64,000 nucleotides of DNA from a virus (Duplodnaviria; Heunggongvirae; Uroviricota; Caudoviricetes): positions 1 through 64,000 of IMG/VR virus record IMGVR_UViG_3300042890_002891; one strand, given 5' to 3'. A program made the translations under genes and the position numbers. Below, piece after piece: positions 34,183 through 44,395 of the stretch. How positions within the stretch are numbered: position 1 is the first letter of the stretch; every line of letters starts with the position of its first letter. The notes beneath the pieces are model-generated. The model was not told the DNA's origin and searched no databases. It saw only the letters and a list, made by a program, of their open reading frames with translations.

Positions 34183-34818
34183 ATGAGCAAAGAAAAAGCG
34201 AACAACACCATGCTTATTAACACCTACGGTCCTATTATTAAAGGACACATTAAAATTACTGATCCAGTCACTGGAGAAGTACTAGTTGATAAAGACAATG
34301 CTATTCATTATGAAAACATGAGTATTAGCCTGGCTGAAACTTTGGCTCATAGAAATCAGGGCTGGATTTATGAAATGGCATTTGGCAACGGAGGAAGCTC
34401 AGTGGACCCCACTGGTGTTATCACCTACTTGCCTCCTAATACCACTGGTCAAAACGCTGATCTTTACAATGAAACCTATGCTAAAGTTGTTGATGATGAA
34501 TCAGCAGCCGATACTGATCCAATCAACAACAACATGACGGTGTTACACACCTCGGGCCAAGTGTATACAGATATCCTGGTCAGCTGTTTGTTGGACTACG
34601 GCGAGCCACCGGGGCAGCAAGCGTTTGATAATTCAACCAATTACAACGGGGAATATGTGTTTGACGAACTAGGACTCAAGGCCTGGACCGGAGAAGGTAA
34701 CGCATTGCGTTTGTTAACGCATGTGATTTTCCATCCAGTTCAGAAGAGTTTGAATCGTCAAATTCAAATTGATTATACTGTGCGTATACAGACCTTAACT
34801 AACCTGAGCGCAGCATAA
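34183..34818 (+). CDS. Putative virion (baseplate/fibre attachment) protein
   Basis: Structural context; MAFGNGG..FDELGL..HPVQKSLNR..IDYTVRI; start may be ATG 34210 because TAAATA overlaps 34178-34183. Confidence 0.55.
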   Translation: MSKEKANNTMLINTYGPIIKGHIKITDPVTGEVLVDKDNAIHYENMSISLAETLAHRNQGWIYEMAFGNGGSSVDPTGVITYLPPNTTGQNADLYNETYAKVVDDESAADTDPINNNMTVLHTSGQVYTDILVSCLLDYGEPPGQQAFDNSTNYNGEYVFDELGLKAWTGEGNALRLLTHVIFHPVQKSLNRQIQIDYTVRIQTLTNLSAA

Positions 34819-34846
34819 ATATTAGTAGATTAACAGGTAATAAATA
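34816..34846 (+). promoter_or_regulatory. Two TAAATA late promoter motifs
   Basis: TAAATA at 34816-34821 and 34841-34846, upstream of the ATG at 34871. Confidence 0.55.
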
Positions 34847-34870
34847 CCTATAAGATTCGGAGCAAGCAAT

Positions 34871-36265
34871 ATGTCATACACAATCAATCTTACCGACGGT
34901 ACAATTTTTGCAGTAATAGCAGATGGTACCATCAATACCAGTTCAAGCATGATCCTGGTGGGTAAAAATTACGCCGGTTACGGCGAATTTCTGGACGAGA
35001 ATTATATCCACTTGTTGGAAAATGGTTCAAACACCACTGCGCCCGGCGCACCCTTGACAGGGCAATTGTGGTGGGATCAGACCACAGATACCATGAAAGT
35101 CTACAATGGAACTACATTCAAAGTAATTTCTGGTGCCACTGCAAGTGCGTCAGCGCCTACATCAAATGTGGCTGGTGATTTATGGTACGATTCAGTCAAT
35201 GCCCAACTTAAAGTTTATACCGGTACTGCCTTTTTGCTGGTAGGTCCTGCATTTACAGCAGGTACAGGAACCACAGGCGCAATTGTAAACACAATCACAG
35301 ACAGCAATGCTGTGAGTCACGTTGTGGTTGAAATGTATGTGGAAGACAGTGTTGTGAGTATCTTTAGCAAGGACCTGGCATTTACTCCTCAAGTTGCTAT
35401 CCCGGGATTTACCACAGTCAACCCTGGGGTCACAATGGCCAGTTCAATTTCGGGTGTGCCACAATTGTTCCAGGGCACAGCAACCAATGCACAGTTGCTG
35501 GATGGACTGGATTCAACAGACTTTTTGAGTTCTACCAGCAATGACTCTACAACGGGTACCCTGGGCATTGTTAATAATTCCGGACTGTCAGTGGGAACTA
35601 ACTCTGACTTCCGTGCAACAGTTACAGGCTCTGATGTGTATCTGCGTAACCAAACCAGCGACGGTAATGTGTACTTGCAAATCAACGATGGCGGCGTAAC
35701 AACCACCATGGTCACCTTGTTTGGTGCAAACAACATGACAGCTATTCGCGGATCAACTACAGTAAACACTGCTGGTGTGGCCACTGCCATTGTGAATGGC
35801 GCAGGCAATGCAATAGGCAACATTGGGTCAAGCTCAAGCTATTTCAATACTATATTTGCTCAAGCAACCACAGCACTGTATGCTGACGTTGCAGAACGTT
35901 TTGCTGCTGACGAAATATACCTGCCAGGCACAGTGGTCGAACTTGGCGGCACAAATGAAATTACTCGTGTCAAAGATGATGCTAGTGATCGAGTGTTTGG
36001 TGTGATTTCTACTAGACCAGCATTCACAATGAATGGTGGTGCTGGCGACAATGAAACTCATCCTCCAGTTGCCATGACAGGACGTGTGCCTGTGTTGGTA
36101 TTGGGCGTTGTGGCCAAAGGCGACAGATTAATTTCTGCAGGAGACGGCATTGCTCGTGCTGCTGCACCAGGCGAAGCCACAGCATTCAATGTTATTGGCC
36201 GTGCTCTAGTTGGAAAAACAACTGCTGAACTGGGCACAGTTGAAGCCATTGTTACAATAAATTAA
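34871..36265 (+). CDS. Tail fibre/spike-like protein with C-terminal intramolecular chaperone (peptidase G2-like) domain
   Basis: GQLWWD/GDLWYD fibre repeats; C-terminal ADVAERF..GTVV..GVIS..GRVPV..KGDRL..IGRAL. Confidence 0.7.
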   Translation: MSYTINLTDGTIFAVIADGTINTSSSMILVGKNYAGYGEFLDENYIHLLENGSNTTAPGAPLTGQLWWDQTTDTMKVYNGTTFKVISGATASASAPTSNVAGDLWYDSVNAQLKVYTGTAFLLVGPAFTAGTGTTGAIVNTITDSNAVSHVVVEMYVEDSVVSIFSKDLAFTPQVAIPGFTTVNPGVTMASSISGVPQLFQGTATNAQLLDGLDSTDFLSSTSNDSTTGTLGIVNNSGLSVGTNSDFRATVTGSDVYLRNQTSDGNVYLQINDGGVTTTMVTLFGANNMTAIRGSTTVNTAGVATAIVNGAGNAIGNIGSSSSYFNTIFAQATTALYADVAERFAADEIYLPGTVVELGGTNEITRVKDDASDRVFGVISTRPAFTMNGGAGDNETHPPVAMTGRVPVLVLGVVAKGDRLISAGDGIARAAAPGEATAFNVIGRALVGKTTAELGTVEAIVTIN

Positions 36266-36276
36266 CAGGAAAAAAA

Positions 36277-37254
36277 ATGACATACACATCTGGCAGCCTT
36301 ATACAAGCAGCAGACTACAACGGTTTTGCGGGCAATATCAATGCATTCTGGGGAACCACTGTCAGTGGATCTCAAGGATGGGGCCAGGCAAACGTTGCCT
36401 TTGTGAGTGGTGCCGGTGACGGCGTAGTAACAGCCACCAATTGGGCAACTCTGGTCAACAACCTGGCCGCCGCCAGCAATCAAACCGGCCAAGCCATCAC
36501 AACTAGAACAGCTCCTGTGACAGGAAATATTGTTTCTATTTTGGCCAATGTGGCCACTGATATCACAAACTTGACAACCAGCAGTGCCAATGCTGTTGCA
36601 TCAGGTACACAATACACTGCTTGGACAGGTACTGCAAGCAAAACCACTGCAACTGGATCTGGCTCTACTCCTTGGACCATCACATTTACAAATACAGTTA
36701 CCTGGGCCAGTGCCGACGCTGCTCGTTACTTCTGGAACGCAGGCGGGCTTGTCAAATGGGAAACATCCAAAACCGCAGACACAACCGCAGCCGACACAGA
36801 GTGGAATGACTTGGCCAACACACTGGTCGGTGACATCTATATCAGCAACGGAGCAGGCACACAAACAATTGCAGCAGTACCCTACACAGGAACAACTAAA
36901 GTTGGCGGAACAGGAACTCCCACCACGCTGTTGACCACAATTGGCTGGTATGACCTGACCACAACAGATACCACTATCTACAAACAATTTGCAGACACCA
37001 GTCCATACACCGGGCAGTACATACAGATCAATGCCAAAACAGCAGGCGCCGGAACACAATTGGTATTGACCACAACCTGGGTAGATCCCGGAGGTTCAGT
37101 AACAGGATCAAGTGATAACATTTCGGGTGGTACAGCAACCACTGGTATCACTTTTGGTACAGCACCTGCCACAGTGGTAACATATTTCCCACCAAGCTCA
37201 ACCTATTTGAGTGCTGCATGGGGAACACCTACTGTTGCTGCTACTGTTGCCTAA
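36277..37254 (+). CDS. Thr/Gly/Ala-rich virion structural protein
   Basis: Last gene of the structural module; very Thr-rich and low in charged residues. Confidence 0.55.
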   Translation: MTYTSGSLIQAADYNGFAGNINAFWGTTVSGSQGWGQANVAFVSGAGDGVVTATNWATLVNNLAAASNQTGQAITTRTAPVTGNIVSILANVATDITNLTTSSANAVASGTQYTAWTGTASKTTATGSGSTPWTITFTNTVTWASADAARYFWNAGGLVKWETSKTADTTAADTEWNDLANTLVGDIYISNGAGTQTIAAVPYTGTTKVGGTGTPTTLLTTIGWYDLTTTDTTIYKQFADTSPYTGQYIQINAKTAGAGTQLVLTTTWVDPGGSVTGSSDNISGGTATTGITFGTAPATVVTYFPPSSTYLSAAWGTPTVAATVA

Positions 37255-37271
37255 TTGGTAATATTCCAGCG

Positions 37272-37300
37272 GTAAAGGGCCTTAGGCCCTTTACTTTTAT
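37272..37300 (+). terminator. Intrinsic terminator ending the structural module
   Basis: GTAAAGGGCC-TTA-GGCCCTTTAC hairpin followed by TTTTAT. Confidence 0.8.
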
Positions 37301-37318
37301 CTAGATTTGTTGTATAAT
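37290..37318 (+). promoter_or_regulatory. sigma70-like promoter for the modification island (leaderless)
   Basis: TTTACT-N17-TATAAT, ending 5 nt before the ATG at 37324; the -35 overlaps the terminator. Confidence 0.65.
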
Positions 37319-37323
37319 ACAGC

Positions 37324-37629
37324 ATGGATACTGATGCTTTAATTGCCCACGCACGAGTACGTTTTGATCATGTGGCTGCTCGCCGCGTACTAAAAGAAAA
37401 ATACCAAGCCCGTATGTTGTTTGCCTACCGCGGCGGAATGTGGCGTGCTGATCCTGAACTGCTGGTACTGTTGGCCACTGTGCCTCCAGGCGATGCAGTG
37501 GTGTTGGACCTGTATGAAACTCCGGTACAGGTCAATCCTGAACAACTACGAGGCCTGGCCATGCAGTTATGGCAAGAGCAAATGAATGCATGGCTAGTGG
37601 AACTTGATCAACAACGTCAACTACGATGA
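37324..37629 (+). CDS. Hypothetical protein
   Basis: First ORF after the promoter; ATGA overlap with the next gene. Confidence 0.7.
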   Translation: MDTDALIAHARVRFDHVAARRVLKEKYQARMLFAYRGGMWRADPELLVLLATVPPGDAVVLDLYETPVQVNPEQLRGLAMQLWQEQMNAWLVELDQQRQLR

Positions 37630-38438
37630 CCTGCGGTGCGTTAATATTTGCCTTCAACAACGAAGCCACCGACTATGTGAGCATGGCTGCCTGGAGTGCA
37701 GGTCGTATTCGCCACCATCTGGGCATACCAGTTGCTGTTGTGACCAACAGCCAAGATCCTGCACTAAACAAAATGTTTGATCAAGTTATCTACGCAGAGC
37801 CTGAATCAGGTGGCACAAGATTTTTTGAAGACTACAACTCAACCGTGACCTGGCACAATGCCGGTAGAGCAGATGCATACTCTCTCACTCCTTGGGAACA
37901 GACGCTAGTACTGGATGCAGACTATGTGGTGGCCAGTTCGCAGTTGAGTCTGGTGCTGGACAGTAATCGTGATTTCATGTGTCACGATCGTGCTTACGAT
38001 ATTGCAAAATCTCGATTGCTGGATGAACTAAACACATTTGGCGAACATCGCCTGCCCATGAGCTGGGCCACTGTGATGATGTTTCGCAAGAGCAACACTG
38101 CTGCCTACATATTTGACTGTATGCACATGGTGCGACACAACTGGGACCATTACAGAGCCTTGTACAAGATTCAGAAAAGTACCTATCGCAATGACTTTGC
38201 ACTGAGCATTGCTCTAGGAATCATCAGCGGCGGCACCTGGAGAGTCGACAGTATTCCCTGGAGTTTGGCCAGTATCCTGCCCGAGTATGACCTGGAACAA
38301 ATTGCCACTACTGACGAAACATTCAAAATTACGCATCGTGCGTCTGATGGAGGAAATTTGTACTGTGCCCTAAATGGCGTGGACTTTCATGCCATGGGCA
38401 AAAAACATCTAGGAGACATCATTGAAGCCCATAGCTGA
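37626..38438 (+). CDS. GT-A fold nucleotide-diphospho-sugar transferase (GT8-like)
   Basis: TPWEQTLVLDADY DxD motif, YRNDF, late FHAMGK. Confidence 0.65.
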   Translation: MTCGALIFAFNNEATDYVSMAAWSAGRIRHHLGIPVAVVTNSQDPALNKMFDQVIYAEPESGGTRFFEDYNSTVTWHNAGRADAYSLTPWEQTLVLDADYVVASSQLSLVLDSNRDFMCHDRAYDIAKSRLLDELNTFGEHRLPMSWATVMMFRKSNTAAYIFDCMHMVRHNWDHYRALYKIQKSTYRNDFALSIALGIISGGTWRVDSIPWSLASILPEYDLEQIATTDETFKITHRASDGGNLYCALNGVDFHAMGKKHLGDIIEAHS

Positions 38439-39204
38439 ACAAGGCTACTTGATTGTGGCCTGTAATTCCACCACAGTTGACTATGTTGACTGTGCCAGAT
38501 CTCTGGTCCGAACATTAAAAATGCACAATCCTGCTGCTGAAGTTTGCCTGGTCACAGATTCGGAATGCACCGATCCTGTGTTTGATTATGTGCGCTATAT
38601 TACCAATGCGAATCCTGCTAATCCATACGAGAATGACTGGCAGGCGTTTTATCAAACTCCGTTTCGTGAAACCATCAAGCTGGAAGCAGACATGTGGATT
38701 GTGAGCAACATTGACCACTGGTGGGATATGTTTAGACACAGAGATCTTGTGATATCAACTGGCTGCAGAACCTGGAGAGATCAAGTCAGCCACAATAGAC
38801 ATTATCGAAAAATATTTGATGACAACAACTTGCCCGATGTATACAACGCTATCACCTACTGGCGTCTTAGTCAAACAGCACAGGAGTTTTTTGTACTGGT
38901 ACGCAACATATTTGCTCATTGGGCAGAGTATCGTAAACTGTTGAAGTTTCCTGAAGATGTTCCATCCACTGATGTGGTGTATGCTATGGCAGCACAAATT
39001 ATAGGTGCTGAATCAGTCACTTTGCCATTTGCAACATATCCCAAAATGGTGCATATGAAACAGCATCATGCAGGAACACGAACCGAAGACTGGACACAGG
39101 AGTTGGTATGGGAATACCGCAACAAGCAACTGCGGATACAAACACACGCACAATGGGGAGCTTTTCATTATCATGTCAAACAAGCAGCCACTCAGTGTAG
39201 ATGA
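38422..39204 (+). CDS. GT-A fold transferase, paralog of the previous gene
   Basis: TPFRETIKLEADM (ExD variant), STDVVY, FHYHVK. Confidence 0.6.
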   Translation: MKPIAEQGYLIVACNSTTVDYVDCARSLVRTLKMHNPAAEVCLVTDSECTDPVFDYVRYITNANPANPYENDWQAFYQTPFRETIKLEADMWIVSNIDHWWDMFRHRDLVISTGCRTWRDQVSHNRHYRKIFDDNNLPDVYNAITYWRLSQTAQEFFVLVRNIFAHWAEYRKLLKFPEDVPSTDVVYAMAAQIIGAESVTLPFATYPKMVHMKQHHAGTRTEDWTQELVWEYRNKQLRIQTHAQWGAFHYHVKQAATQCR

Positions 39205-39526
39205 TTTCTGGGCAGCACTCAGTGCCATGCCTGCACCTGAGCCGGTGTTCTACAGACTATACTACAACAGCGATGGTTATCCTGTGGCGTATTCAATGGA
39301 GGATATTCCGGGACTGTATGTTGAAATAGATCAGACTACCTATAATGCAAACAACAAGCACATTAGAGTTGTTGACGGAAAGATTGTGACCCAACGGTTT
39401 AATAGAATAACTAAACTTGTGCCTGCTGACTCTGGATCCCCTTGTCATCCTGACAATGTCGCTGTAATCGTCAGTGAGCACAAGCCCCACCAAAAATGGA
39501 CCAAGAAAACTTATGAACCAAATTGA
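39173..39526 (+). CDS. Hypothetical protein
   Basis: Probable start ATG 39173 (MSNKQPL); fills the gap between transferase genes. Confidence 0.6.
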   Translation: MSNKQPLSVDDFWAALSAMPAPEPVFYRLYYNSDGYPVAYSMEDIPGLYVEIDQTTYNANNKHIRVVDGKIVTQRFNRITKLVPADSGSPCHPDNVAVIVSEHKPHQKWTKKTYEPN

Positions 39527-40439
39527 CATTGCAGATCTTGATTGTGTATACTTGACCTATGATGAACCCAAGAAAGAAGAAAACTGGGTCAAGATCAGAA
39601 ACATGATACCATGGGCTCGTCGTGTAGACGGAGTTCGAGGGTCTGACGCAGCACACAAGGCCGCAGCAGACGCCAGTACTACTGAGCGTTTTGTTCTGAT
39701 TGACGGAGATAACATTCCTGATGCTAAATTTTTCAATCAAACATTGATATTTCCCACTGCTGATTATGAATCTGCTGTGTTTCGTTGGAAAGCAAGAAAC
39801 GCCATCAATGGACTCATGTACGGCAATGGTGGACTGAGCTCATGGACGCGGCAATATGTGCAAAACATGAACACACATGAAAACACAGACGGTCGTACAG
39901 AAACACAAGTAGAGTTTTGTTTTGATCCGTTATACTGGCCCATGCACGACTGTTACTCAACCACCTATCCCAATGGATCAGCATTTCATGCCTGGCGTGC
40001 AGGATTCCGTGAAGGTGTAAAGATGTGCCTGAATCGTGGAGCAAGACCCACACTAGCAGAGTTCAAGGATCAAGTGCATCAACGAAATCTAGATCATCTC
40101 ACAATATGGCACAACATAGGTGCAGATGTAGAATACGGTTACTGGGCCATGGCCGGCGCTAGACAAGGCACCTACATGACCATGCTCACAAACTGGGATT
40201 ACCTGCAGGTGCAGAACTTTGATGCACTAGCCGAACTATGGAACACTGTGGAATCAGAACAGCCTGAGATTCTGGCCAATAGAATTGCTGACGAATTGCA
40301 CACACAGTTGGATCTGCCCATGCACATGCTCACTGTAGAAGCCAGTGAATTCTTTAAACGACACTATAGATCAAACTGGCACAATCAAGGCGTAATGGTT
40401 CGTGAGATTGATGTAATACGACAACAAGAAGGATGGTAA
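39513..40439 (+). CDS. GT-A fold glycosyltransferase-like protein
   Basis: TYDEP..RVDGVRGSDAAHKAAA..FVLIDGDN (DxD), NGLMYGNGG, WRAGFREG; start taken at ATG 39513. Confidence 0.7.
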   Translation: MNQIDIADLDCVYLTYDEPKKEENWVKIRNMIPWARRVDGVRGSDAAHKAAADASTTERFVLIDGDNIPDAKFFNQTLIFPTADYESAVFRWKARNAINGLMYGNGGLSSWTRQYVQNMNTHENTDGRTETQVEFCFDPLYWPMHDCYSTTYPNGSAFHAWRAGFREGVKMCLNRGARPTLAEFKDQVHQRNLDHLTIWHNIGADVEYGYWAMAGARQGTYMTMLTNWDYLQVQNFDALAELWNTVESEQPEILANRIADELHTQLDLPMHMLTVEASEFFKRHYRSNWHNQGVMVREIDVIRQQEGW

Positions 40440-40440
40440 T

Positions 40441-40965
40441 ATGCTCAAACCAATTTATTTAAATTATGATTTTTCAAAGATTTTATCTGCTGACTATTCG
40501 CAACATGAGGGTAGTTGCATCAGTCATTTGGCCACAGAGTTAGCAGATGATTATGCGCCATACGGCGGTCTTCCAGGATCATACTGTTATGAAAACACAA
40601 AGATACATCAGTTATGGTGGACCAATGATGACATTGACTTTGATGAGATTGGGCATAAATTAAACATGCAAGTGATTACTGTTAGTAGTATATGCCAGCC
40701 TCCGGGATGTATAGTTCCTTTGCATCGAGACACTTTTTATCAAATCAATCAACGTTGTCCAGAACGAACAGAACTCAAAGTCCGAGCCAACATCTATCTT
40801 GAAGATTGGAAACTAGGGCAGTTTATACAATATGACAATGACATCAGTGCTAAATGGAAAGTAGGTGAAGGATTTATGTGGGATTCTACTCATTTACATC
40901 TTTCAGCCAATGCAGGCATGCAAAACAAATATACCTTACAAGTATCAGGATTTTTAAAACAATAA
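40441..40965 (+). CDS. 2OG-Fe(II) oxygenase/cupin-like hydroxylase
   Basis: PLHRD (HxD), distal H in HLSANAG, KYTLQVSG. Confidence 0.65.
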   Translation: MLKPIYLNYDFSKILSADYSQHEGSCISHLATELADDYAPYGGLPGSYCYENTKIHQLWWTNDDIDFDEIGHKLNMQVITVSSICQPPGCIVPLHRDTFYQINQRCPERTELKVRANIYLEDWKLGQFIQYDNDISAKWKVGEGFMWDSTHLHLSANAGMQNKYTLQVSGFLKQ

Positions 40966-40966
40966 G

Positions 40967-41896
40967 ATGTTCACTATAATTTGCAACAATGACAAAATTT
41001 GGAATCAACTCGAGTTGATCGACTATCTTGTCAAGAACCAAGACAAAACAGTTGAGTTAGATATAAATCCTGAAGCAACATGCCTGACAAATCTTGGTGT
41101 ATATCAATTATTAGATCTTTTTAGTTTTAAACAGGTGAACATTTACACTTGGAATCCTTTAGAATACCACCCTAAATATCAAATCAAATTGGTAGATACA
41201 AATTATGTATTAAAAAAAACAATACAAATACCCACTCAACTGCAAACATGGGATCAAACAAAAATTTTCTTTTGTTTTTATGGTCGCCCTACTGCTGGTA
41301 GATTGGGGTTAGCAGGACATTTGTTCAAGAAGTACAACCAACAAAGTTTAATTCATTTTTCAACAGACACCGACGACTATTATAAATTTGAATTTGATAA
41401 GCTATTGTCGTATGATACAGCTAGTGTACCCGACGCCAGTGCTCTGCTACAACATCTTCCAATTCTACAATCAAGCAACAATCAATATTCACCGCTTGAA
41501 TATGATTTCCGTGACAAACTTACAGAGCTTTATCAAAGTATTTTAATAGATGTAGTAGGAGAAACTTTTGTTCAAGGAACAACATTTTTTCCTTCAGAAA
41601 AAACTACCCGGCCCATGCTACTGAAAAAACCTTTTGTAACATTTGCATCACAAGATCATATGGCGTATCTTCGGCAGATGGGATTCCAAACATTCCACGG
41701 ATTTTGGGACGAAGATTATGATGGATTTGAAGGGAGAGACCGGTTGATTCGGCTATATCAAGTTATTGGTGATGTAGCAAACCGGCCAATGAATGAATTA
41801 GTTGACATGTATAAAGAAATGCAACCAATCCTGGACCATAATTACAATTTACTAATGTCTCAAAGTTACAACAAAACTATAACAAAAATAATATGA
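40967..41896 (+). CDS. GT10-like putative glycosyltransferase ('ET..TEK' family, copy 1)
   Basis: VVGET..FPSEKT.RP..KPF..LRQMGFQTF..DEDYD. Confidence 0.5.
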   Translation: MFTIICNNDKIWNQLELIDYLVKNQDKTVELDINPEATCLTNLGVYQLLDLFSFKQVNIYTWNPLEYHPKYQIKLVDTNYVLKKTIQIPTQLQTWDQTKIFFCFYGRPTAGRLGLAGHLFKKYNQQSLIHFSTDTDDYYKFEFDKLLSYDTASVPDASALLQHLPILQSSNNQYSPLEYDFRDKLTELYQSILIDVVGETFVQGTTFFPSEKTTRPMLLKKPFVTFASQDHMAYLRQMGFQTFHGFWDEDYDGFEGRDRLIRLYQVIGDVANRPMNELVDMYKEMQPILDHNYNLLMSQSYNKTITKII

Positions 41897-43266
41897 GCAA
41901 AAGCGATTTTTTATCTTCAGCCGAAAAAATGCATGCCGAGCTTGGTCCTGCCTTGTGCTTGGCCAAATGGAAACAGGTCAGTTTTCATCTACCCACAGGG
42001 CTCAATAACTCATGCTATCATCCGCCCTTGCACCGAATACCCATCGAAGACATTGGACGTAATCCTTCCGCATTGCATAACACTCCGCACAAGAAAGAAC
42101 AGCGCAAACTCATGCTGGCAGGTGTCAAACCTGCGGAGTGTAGCTATTGCTGGAACATGGAAGCACAAAACAAGCTGAGTGATAGACACTACAGATCAGG
42201 CGAGCCCTGGGCCGCAGTAGATTTTGACAAAATAAAAAGCTCAACAGGAGATGAAGATGTTATTCCCAGTTATGTGGAAGTTAATTTTAACAATGTTTGC
42301 AACCTTGCATGCAGCTATTGCAGCCCGCAGTTCTCAAGCACTTGGCAGCAAGAAACTGATCGGCACGGTGCATATCCTACTCTGGTGCCTCATAACGCTC
42401 CTGAGCATTTTTCTGGTGACCGTAAGCCCATTCCAGCCCGTGATCACAATCCTTATGTAGAAGCATTTTGGGAGTGGTGGCCCACCTTGTATCCTGAGCT
42501 GGAACACTTTAGAATGACCGGCGGCGAGCCCTTGTTGGATCGCAATACCTATAGAGTATTCGACTATGTGCTGGAGAACCCTAGTCCCAAATTACACCTG
42601 AATGTTACGTCAAACTTTAGTGTAGATGAAAAGTCATGGCAAAAATATCTAGCCTATGTGAAACAACTATGTGATGGGCGCATAGAACACTTCATGCAGT
42701 ATGTGAGTCTAGATGCCTGGGGAGCTCAAGCAGAGTACATACGTCACGGTCTGGACTTTGATCTGTTGTGGGATCGAGTTGACCAGTTTCTTACTCAAGT
42801 GCCTAGCTACAACAGCCTGACATTTATTGTCACAATGAACAATCTCAGTGTGTCAAGCCTGGACCGATTGTTGGCAGGCATACTGGAACTACGTAAAAAA
42901 CACAGTACAACATATCAGCGTGTGTGGTTTGATACTCCTGTGCTGCGTGAACCTGCATGGCAGAGCCTGCAAACACTGGGAGAATCTTATGCTGCACGGC
43001 TTGACACAGTCAAAGACTACATGGCTGCACACTTGGAAACATCTGCAAATCCATTCAAAGGTTTCAAAGACTACGAAGTGGCCAGGCTAGACAGAGACAT
43101 TGCCTGGATGCGATCAGGGCAAGCTGCGGATCAAAGTTGTAGTCAAGCAGACTTTTATCGTTTTTTCAGCGAAGCAGATCGCCGTCACGGAACAAATTTT
43201 TTACAAGTGTTTCCTGAAATGCGAGCCTGGTGGGCCGAATGTGAGTACCATGCTAGACAAAACTAA
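41893..43266 (+). CDS. Radical SAM protein with N-terminal Cys/His auxiliary domain
   Basis: CLAKW..SCYHPPLH..CSYCW, then CNLACSYC, TGGEP. Confidence 0.88.
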   Translation: MSKSDFLSSAEKMHAELGPALCLAKWKQVSFHLPTGLNNSCYHPPLHRIPIEDIGRNPSALHNTPHKKEQRKLMLAGVKPAECSYCWNMEAQNKLSDRHYRSGEPWAAVDFDKIKSSTGDEDVIPSYVEVNFNNVCNLACSYCSPQFSSTWQQETDRHGAYPTLVPHNAPEHFSGDRKPIPARDHNPYVEAFWEWWPTLYPELEHFRMTGGEPLLDRNTYRVFDYVLENPSPKLHLNVTSNFSVDEKSWQKYLAYVKQLCDGRIEHFMQYVSLDAWGAQAEYIRHGLDFDLLWDRVDQFLTQVPSYNSLTFIVTMNNLSVSSLDRLLAGILELRKKHSTTYQRVWFDTPVLREPAWQSLQTLGESYAARLDTVKDYMAAHLETSANPFKGFKDYEVARLDRDIAWMRSGQAADQSCSQADFYRFFSEADRRHGTNFLQVFPEMRAWWAECEYHARQN

Positions 43267-44395
43267 TCTAGTAGTAGATACATTCAGTGTTGTATACGAT
43301 TTACTAAAACCCTTTGCTAGTCAGGAGTTCTGGGAGTTTGCTGATCATGTGCCAGTCACGGGTGCAACCTATGTTATAGGACGCAAACAACTGGTAGAAA
43401 ATAGACCCAGAATCAGAGCCATGTGCGAGTCTAACCAATACTGCATGGTGTTTGACGGTGCTGCTGAAGGATCCTGGACACTGATAGAACAAATACGCAT
43501 GTTGGGCATAGAAGATCTTGTGTTGAGCAAGCAACTGCTGATACTCAGTGGCGGTGTCATGCCCGCTAAGTATCCTGCACTAACACATGATCATTTCTTT
43601 AATGTGATACTGGGCTATGACGAAAATCTACAGCAGATGGAACGCATGCCCGAAATTTACAATACCACATCCAAGCCTTATGATTTTTTATTCCTAAATG
43701 GGCGAGCAAGGCCACACAGAAAATACCTGTGGGAACGATTGAATCAACTGGGCCTGCTGGATCGGGCAATATGGTCCATGCTCGATGGAAGGCCCACGCT
43801 CAAAGGCACAGAGCTAACGCTCATGTCCGGCAGTGTCGATTTAATGACCACAGTGACACCTATACGTCAACTGGATTCCCAATACGAAGTTGCACGATAC
43901 CAAAACAATTCAGTGGAGATAACCGAACCCAAACGGCAATTTATCAAGCAAGACATGTTTCACAACACCTGGGGTGAAATTTATCTACAAACCGAACCCT
44001 ATGCTGATACCTACTTTAGTCTGGTCACAGAAACCATATGCGAACACGGCAACAGTTTTCGAACTGAAAAGATTGCCAAACCGCTGGCACAAGGACATCC
44101 GTGGATCGTGGCAAGCAATGCTGGATTTTATCGTGATCTTCGCAACTTGGGATTTCAAACATTCGGGCATGTGATAGACGAGTCGTTTGATTTGATTGAC
44201 AACACCCAAGATAGACTCAATCGAATTGTCGAAATTGTACAGGATCTTTGCAGTCAAGACCTTGCAAAATTTCTCAATGAGTGTTACACTGTATGTAAAT
44301 ACAATCAACAACATCTCGGTGAGTATCGAGAGCAACTACGCCGCGACTTTCCCCAGCGGTTGTTTGATTTTTTACAAGAGCATACCCTTCAGTGA
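43250..44395 (+). CDS. GT10-like putative glycosyltransferase (copy 2)
   Basis: FLNGRARPHR; LVTET..FRTEKIAKP..GFQTF..DESFD; start taken at ATG 43250. Confidence 0.5.
   Translation: MLDKTNLVVDTFSVVYDLLKPFASQEFWEFADHVPVTGATYVIGRKQLVENRPRIRAMCESNQYCMVFDGAAEGSWTLIEQIRMLGIEDLVLSKQLLILSGGVMPAKYPALTHDHFFNVILGYDENLQQMERMPEIYNTTSKPYDFLFLNGRARPHRKYLWERLNQLGLLDRAIWSMLDGRPTLKGTELTLMSGSVDLMTTVTPIRQLDSQYEVARYQNNSVEITEPKRQFIKQDMFHNTWGEIYLQTEPYADTYFSLVTETICEHGNSFRTEKIAKPLAQGHPWIVASNAGFYRDLRNLGFQTFGHVIDESFDLIDNTQDRLNRIVEIVQDLCSQDLAKFLNECYTVCKYNQQHLGEYREQLRRDFPQRLFDFLQEHTLQ

Noticed and set aside
34871-37254. Diversity-generating retroelement or invertible fibre cassette
   Set aside because: No reverse transcriptase, recombinase or template/variable repeat pair seen
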